Positions 37,940 to 40,443 of a stretch of DNA of 40,443 nucleotides are shown one piece after another; position 1 is the stretch's first letter, and each line of letters begins with the position of its first letter. This stretch comes from a virus (taxonomy: Duplodnaviria > Caudoviricetes), in IMG/VR virus record IMGVR_UViG_3300006641_000060, positions 1 through 40,443 of that record; one strand, given 5' to 3'. Both the position numbers and the translations under genes were made by a program. The notes beneath the pieces were generated by a model that was not told where the DNA came from, did no database searches, and saw nothing but the letters and a program-made list of their open reading frames with translations.

Positions 37940-38083
37940 TTATTTTCCTTGACCCCTATATTTTTTCTTACGTCCATTACGAGAGGTTGCACTCAGTAAA
38001 GTACGAGCAGAACGTCCTTGACGAGTCTTCTTCGGTGCTCCGGGTTCAAAAAGAGTCTTGTTACTTCCACCACCTTTAGCCAT
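37940..38083 (-). CDS. 47-aa highly basic protein
   Basis: Not in track. MAKGGGSNKTLFEPGAPKKTRQGRSARTLLSATSRNGRKKKYRGQGK; GGAGG RBS; followed by a terminator. Confidence 0.85.
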   Translation of the reverse strand: MAKGGGSNKTLFEPGAPKKTRQGRSARTLLSATSRNGRKKKYRGQGK

Positions 38084-38234
38084 TAATTTCCTCCATTTCT
38101 AAATCATTTGGATCAATGTCTTCACCCGAGTAAAAACGTTCGGAGAAGTCTTGTAAGAGATCACTACAATCTTCTGCAGTGATCTCTGTATAAATTTTAC
38201 GCCCTTTATAAAGAATATTATAAAGTTTATTCAT
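38076..38234 (-). CDS. 52-aa hypothetical protein
   Basis: Not in track. MNKLYNILYKGRKIYTEITAEDCSDLLQDFSERFYSGEDIDPNDLEMEEING; TGATG coupling to the upstream gene. Confidence 0.8.
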   Translation of the reverse strand: MNKLYNILYKGRKIYTEITAEDCSDLLQDFSERFYSGEDIDPNDLEMEEING

Positions 38235-38998
38235 CAGATAATGCGAGTTTTCTCATGTCCCACTCTAATACGAGGATCGCACCAGATTTCAAATCCAGCT
38301 TCCTTCGCATCAAGACAGAATGAAACGTCTTCGCCACACATATCCTGAACTGCACCAGATTCAAAAACTTGCATCTTAGGAGCAAACCAAGGATATTCAA
38401 GATTCTCAAAGACTCCGTTTTTAATCATTACCCATCCAAAACCTGTATAATCTACAGTGAATGGTTTACGACGCTTGGAGATTGATTCAACGGTTTCGTG
38501 ATTCATAACTCCACCGTTCTTGCGGAAGTCATCTTCTTCCAACCAGTGTGCGACAGAGGTTGTGTGACCATCTTCGGTTGCATACCAACCTGCGACCACT
38601 TCGCGCTCTTCTCCTTCTTCATTCAAAGCAACATCACATAGTTGCCAGAATTTTTGAGTATCAAATACAATATCACTATCAATCCATAATTGATAATCAT
38701 ACTGCAATTTTCCGTCCCAAGGAATTTGCTTGGGACCACGAAGAACATTTGCACCCAAACATTTACAACGGGCAAAATTAACCATTGATGAGTAATCTTG
38801 AGAAATCTGAATACTCATATTATTTTGTACAAGATCAAAACAAAGTTGTACAAATGCTTTGAGGAAAATAAAAGAACATCCTCGTCCAGGAAGACAGAAA
38901 ATAATACTCTTCCCTCTCATTCTTTCTTTAATCGCATCATAATCCCAATCTTCTTTGGGTTTAGGCGCTGCTGCTTTTACTGTAAATCCTTTTGCCAT
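38234..38998 (-). CDS. GT-A fold (GT2-like) glycosyltransferase-like protein
   Basis: DxD motif LWIDSDIVF, TGFGWVMIK, GEDVSFC, C-terminal RVGHEK. Confidence 0.75.
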   Translation of the reverse strand: MAKGFTVKAAAPKPKEDWDYDAIKERMRGKSIIFCLPGRGCSFIFLKAFVQLCFDLVQNNMSIQISQDYSSMVNFARCKCLGANVLRGPKQIPWDGKLQYDYQLWIDSDIVFDTQKFWQLCDVALNEEGEEREVVAGWYATEDGHTTSVAHWLEEDDFRKNGGVMNHETVESISKRRKPFTVDYTGFGWVMIKNGVFENLEYPWFAPKMQVFESGAVQDMCGEDVSFCLDAKEAGFEIWCDPRIRVGHEKTRII

Positions 38999-39021
38999 AA
39001 GTTAAAATAACCTTCAGATCA

Positions 39022-39050
39022 ATTTTATCGTTCTATTTAGTGTTTGTCAA
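39022..39050 (-). promoter_or_regulatory. Sigma70 promoter with embedded late-promoter box
   Basis: TTGACA-17 nt-TAAAAT; the spacer contains CTAAATA. Confidence 0.75.
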
Positions 39051-39247
39051 TATGATGAATTGAGTGCTATCAATTTATTTGTGAGTACTTCCTCATACTC
39101 TAAATCTTTTATTGAAATATTTGCACCTAATAAATCAACCATTCTGTGTAGCATCTCCCAGATTTCAGTGAATTTTTCCTCTGATAAACTGTGATAAATG
39201 CACTGACCCTTTGCATATATGTGATATATTTTTTCTTGTTTTTCCAT
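39047..39247 (-). CDS. 66-aa hypothetical protein
   Basis: In track; similar in pattern to the 52-aa ORF at 38076..38234. Confidence 0.75.
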   Translation of the reverse strand: MEKQEKIYHIYAKGQCIYHSLSEEKFTEIWEMLHRMVDLLGANISIKDLEYEEVLTNKLIALNSSY

Positions 39248-39269
39248 AAAAATTTTTCCGGAAATTTTT

Positions 39270-39440
39270 TTATTTCGTCATTGCATTATATATCAATACT
39301 ATCAGAAATCCAAGCGGAACGCCAAATATTCTCAGCATTTTACCTGGATACCTTATCAACCACCCCGCAAAGACAACCTTCCAGAAATTCCAATATGGGC
39401 GTCTTTGATAATTTCTGTGGGGGATTTTCAATGTTTTCAT
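39270..39440 (-). CDS. 56-aa putative membrane protein
   Basis: Not in track. MKTLKIPHRNYQRRPYWNFWKVVFAGWLIRYPGKMLRIFGVPLGFLIVLIYNAMTK; Trp-rich segment plus a hydrophobic C-terminal helix. Confidence 0.7.
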   Translation of the reverse strand: MKTLKIPHRNYQRRPYWNFWKVVFAGWLIRYPGKMLRIFGVPLGFLIVLIYNAMTK

Positions 39441-39592
39441 ACTTCCGGAAAATTTTTAAGAAAGTGATATTTAAAGGTCGATTTGTCACCTCTGTAGGTT
39501 AGGGACTTATCGATTTTTATAAACGGGGGCAACGCCCGATATAAACAATAACAAATAAAAACAAATAACTGCTAACACGAATAACAAACTGC

Positions 39593-39618
39593 TGACGAAT
39601 AAGTATTATTATTCGTCA
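39593..39618. repeat. Inverted repeat (10-bp stem, 6-nt loop)
   Basis: TGACGAATAA-GTATTA-TTATTCGTCA, followed by TTCTTT on the + strand. Confidence 0.7.
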
Positions 39619-39828
39619 TTCTTTATACTAACTGCCTGCAAAACGCTGTCTAATAGTATAAAACAACACGAATGTTTATACCAACTTCAACGAATTGTGC
39701 TACTTTATAGACAACAACACCCTATAAAAATAGCTAACTGTCTCACGAATAGTATAAACAACTGCACTGTTTTATTCTTTATACTTTCAGAACGATGAGT
39801 TCTTTATATCAACGAGCACAATAATACT

Positions 39829-39880
39829 ATAAAACTCACGAAAGATATAAACAATCTGCTACAACTTGCGTGAGTTTTAT
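39829..39880 (-). terminator. Inverted repeat / possible terminator downstream of the 54-aa ORF
   Basis: ATAAAACTCACG ... CGTGAGTTTTAT, 12 bp perfect and extendable to 16 bp with one mismatch; the 20-nt loop is long for a terminator. Confidence 0.45.
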
Positions 39881-39907
39881 GATTTTAATCGTGCTATGTA
39901 ATAAGAA

Positions 39908-40072
39908 TTACCAAGACACTGAGAGATCTTCTACATAACTCTCAACCTTTTCATTAGATTCAAGTTGAAAGAGTTTATTCCAATCTAACTGATGAGGATT
40001 AAAATCACCCATCACTTCCAATTCTAACGTGATACGATAACGCTGCTTTTGTGCCGACAGATAAGAATTCAT
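39908..40072 (-). CDS. 54-aa putative early protein
   Basis: Not in track. MNSYLSAQKQRYRITLELEVMGDFNPHQLDWNKLFQLESNEKVESYVEDLSVSW; about 35 nt downstream of a consensus sigma70 promoter. Confidence 0.8.
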   Translation of the reverse strand: MNSYLSAQKQRYRITLELEVMGDFNPHQLDWNKLFQLESNEKVESYVEDLSVSW

Positions 40073-40107
40073 AGTAGTACGTAGAGGGATTAGAACGAAC
40101 TGATGCT

Positions 40108-40136
40108 ATTCTAACACTTATGACCTGACCTGTCAA
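40108..40136 (-). promoter_or_regulatory. Sigma70 (early) promoter
   Basis: TTGACA-17 nt-TAGAAT with extended -10 TGn. Confidence 0.8.
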
Positions 40137-40212
40137 CAACACGCATCACGAAGATTTATACTATAAAACTACCCCTTCATAGAGAGAATTTATCAAGGAG
40201 TAAACTAAAACT

Positions 40213-40241
40213 ATTATACACGAATGATTTATAAATGTCAA
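40213..40241 (-). promoter_or_regulatory. Sigma70 (early) promoter, perfect consensus
   Basis: TTGACA-17 nt-TATAAT. Confidence 0.85.
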
Positions 40242-40272
40242 CAACTGTTTCGGTCGGTCTATAAAGATCTGA

Positions 40273-40439
40273 ACGAAACTTATCTAATCACGAATGAATT
40301 TCAAGTTGCATTCTATAAAGTTTTATTAGAGAAGAATCTATACGAAACTTATCTAATCACGAATGAATTGACATTCTTATTCAGTTGTGATATGATATTA
40401 TGAATTGGCATACGAAACTTATCTAATCACGAATGAATT
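40273..40439. repeat. Three exact 28-bp direct repeats with 41- and 42-bp unique spacers (may continue beyond the window)
   Basis: ACGAAACTTATCTAATCACGAATGAATT at 40273-40300, 40342-40369 and 40412-40439. Confidence 0.95.
40368..40396 (+). promoter_or_regulatory. Sigma70 promoter on the + strand, divergent from the minus-strand promoters
   Basis: TTGACA-17 nt-TATGAT with TGn; the -35 box starts in the last 2 nt of repeat copy 2. Confidence 0.75.
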
Positions 40440-40443
40440 TCGA

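Noticed and set aside
949-38409. Alternative-frame minus-strand ORFs at 949..1134, 6308..6541, 8340..8609 and 38227..38409
   Set aside because: Nested in gp20, gp17, the 643-aa gene and the glycosyltransferase-like gene, with no independent support as overprinted genes.
387-39010. The many plus-strand ORFs of 60-124 aa in the track
   Set aside because: All lie antisense to well-supported minus-strand genes and show no recognisable motifs; consistent with shadow ORFs.
39191-39502. 103-aa plus-strand ORF
   Set aside because: Antisense to two plausible minus-strand ORFs (39047..39247 and 39270..39440), non-ATG start, no recognisable features.
39524-39538. Small GC-rich hairpin CGGGGGCAACGCCCG as a terminator or ncRNA
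   Set aside because: Stem is only 4-5 bp with no adjacent clean U-tract; insufficient support, though it marks the edge of the G-poor region.
40273-40439. Calling the repeat array a bona fide CRISPR
   Set aside because: Only two spacers visible, no cas genes in the window, non-palindromic repeat without typical termini, and one spacer is a promoter; kept as a repeat and as a hypothesis.
39441-40443. tRNA or other known RNA genes in the non-coding region
   Set aside because: No cloverleaf or T-loop GTTCGA signature seen on either strand.
1-40443. Stop-codon reassignment or programmed frameshifts
   Set aside because: Genes tile densely under the standard code, all three stops are used at gene ends, and overlaps are ordinary TAATG/ATGA/TGATG couplings.

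Overview
AT-rich (roughly 30% GC by eye) segment of a T4-like cyanomyovirus genome. Nearly all genes are on the minus strand and form the virion morphogenesis module, in transcription order: small ORFs, a GT-A glycosyltransferase-like gene, gp25, gp6, gp7 (4002 aa), gp8, a 2680-aa VrlC-like structural protein, gp13, gp14, gp15, gp16, putative internal head proteins, gp17, gp18, gp19, gp20 and two small ORFs. T4-type late promoters (TATAAATA/AATAAATA) precede several structural genes. I found seven short ORFs missing from the supplied track, including an NblA-like gene coupled to gp13 and two with T4-like capsid-targeting N-termini. The last ~1 kb is mostly non-coding. It holds divergent consensus sigma70 promoters, a strongly strand-biased ACGAA / CACGAA-N3-5-TATA motif, and three exact 28-bp repeats with 41-42-bp unique spacers that run to the window edge. 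Best leads: that repeat/control region, a 643-aa mosaic protein that looks like a protease-processed polyprotein, a DUF4214-like double insertion in the VrlC-like protein, and the NblA-like gene. All family assignments come from motif recognition, not database searches.
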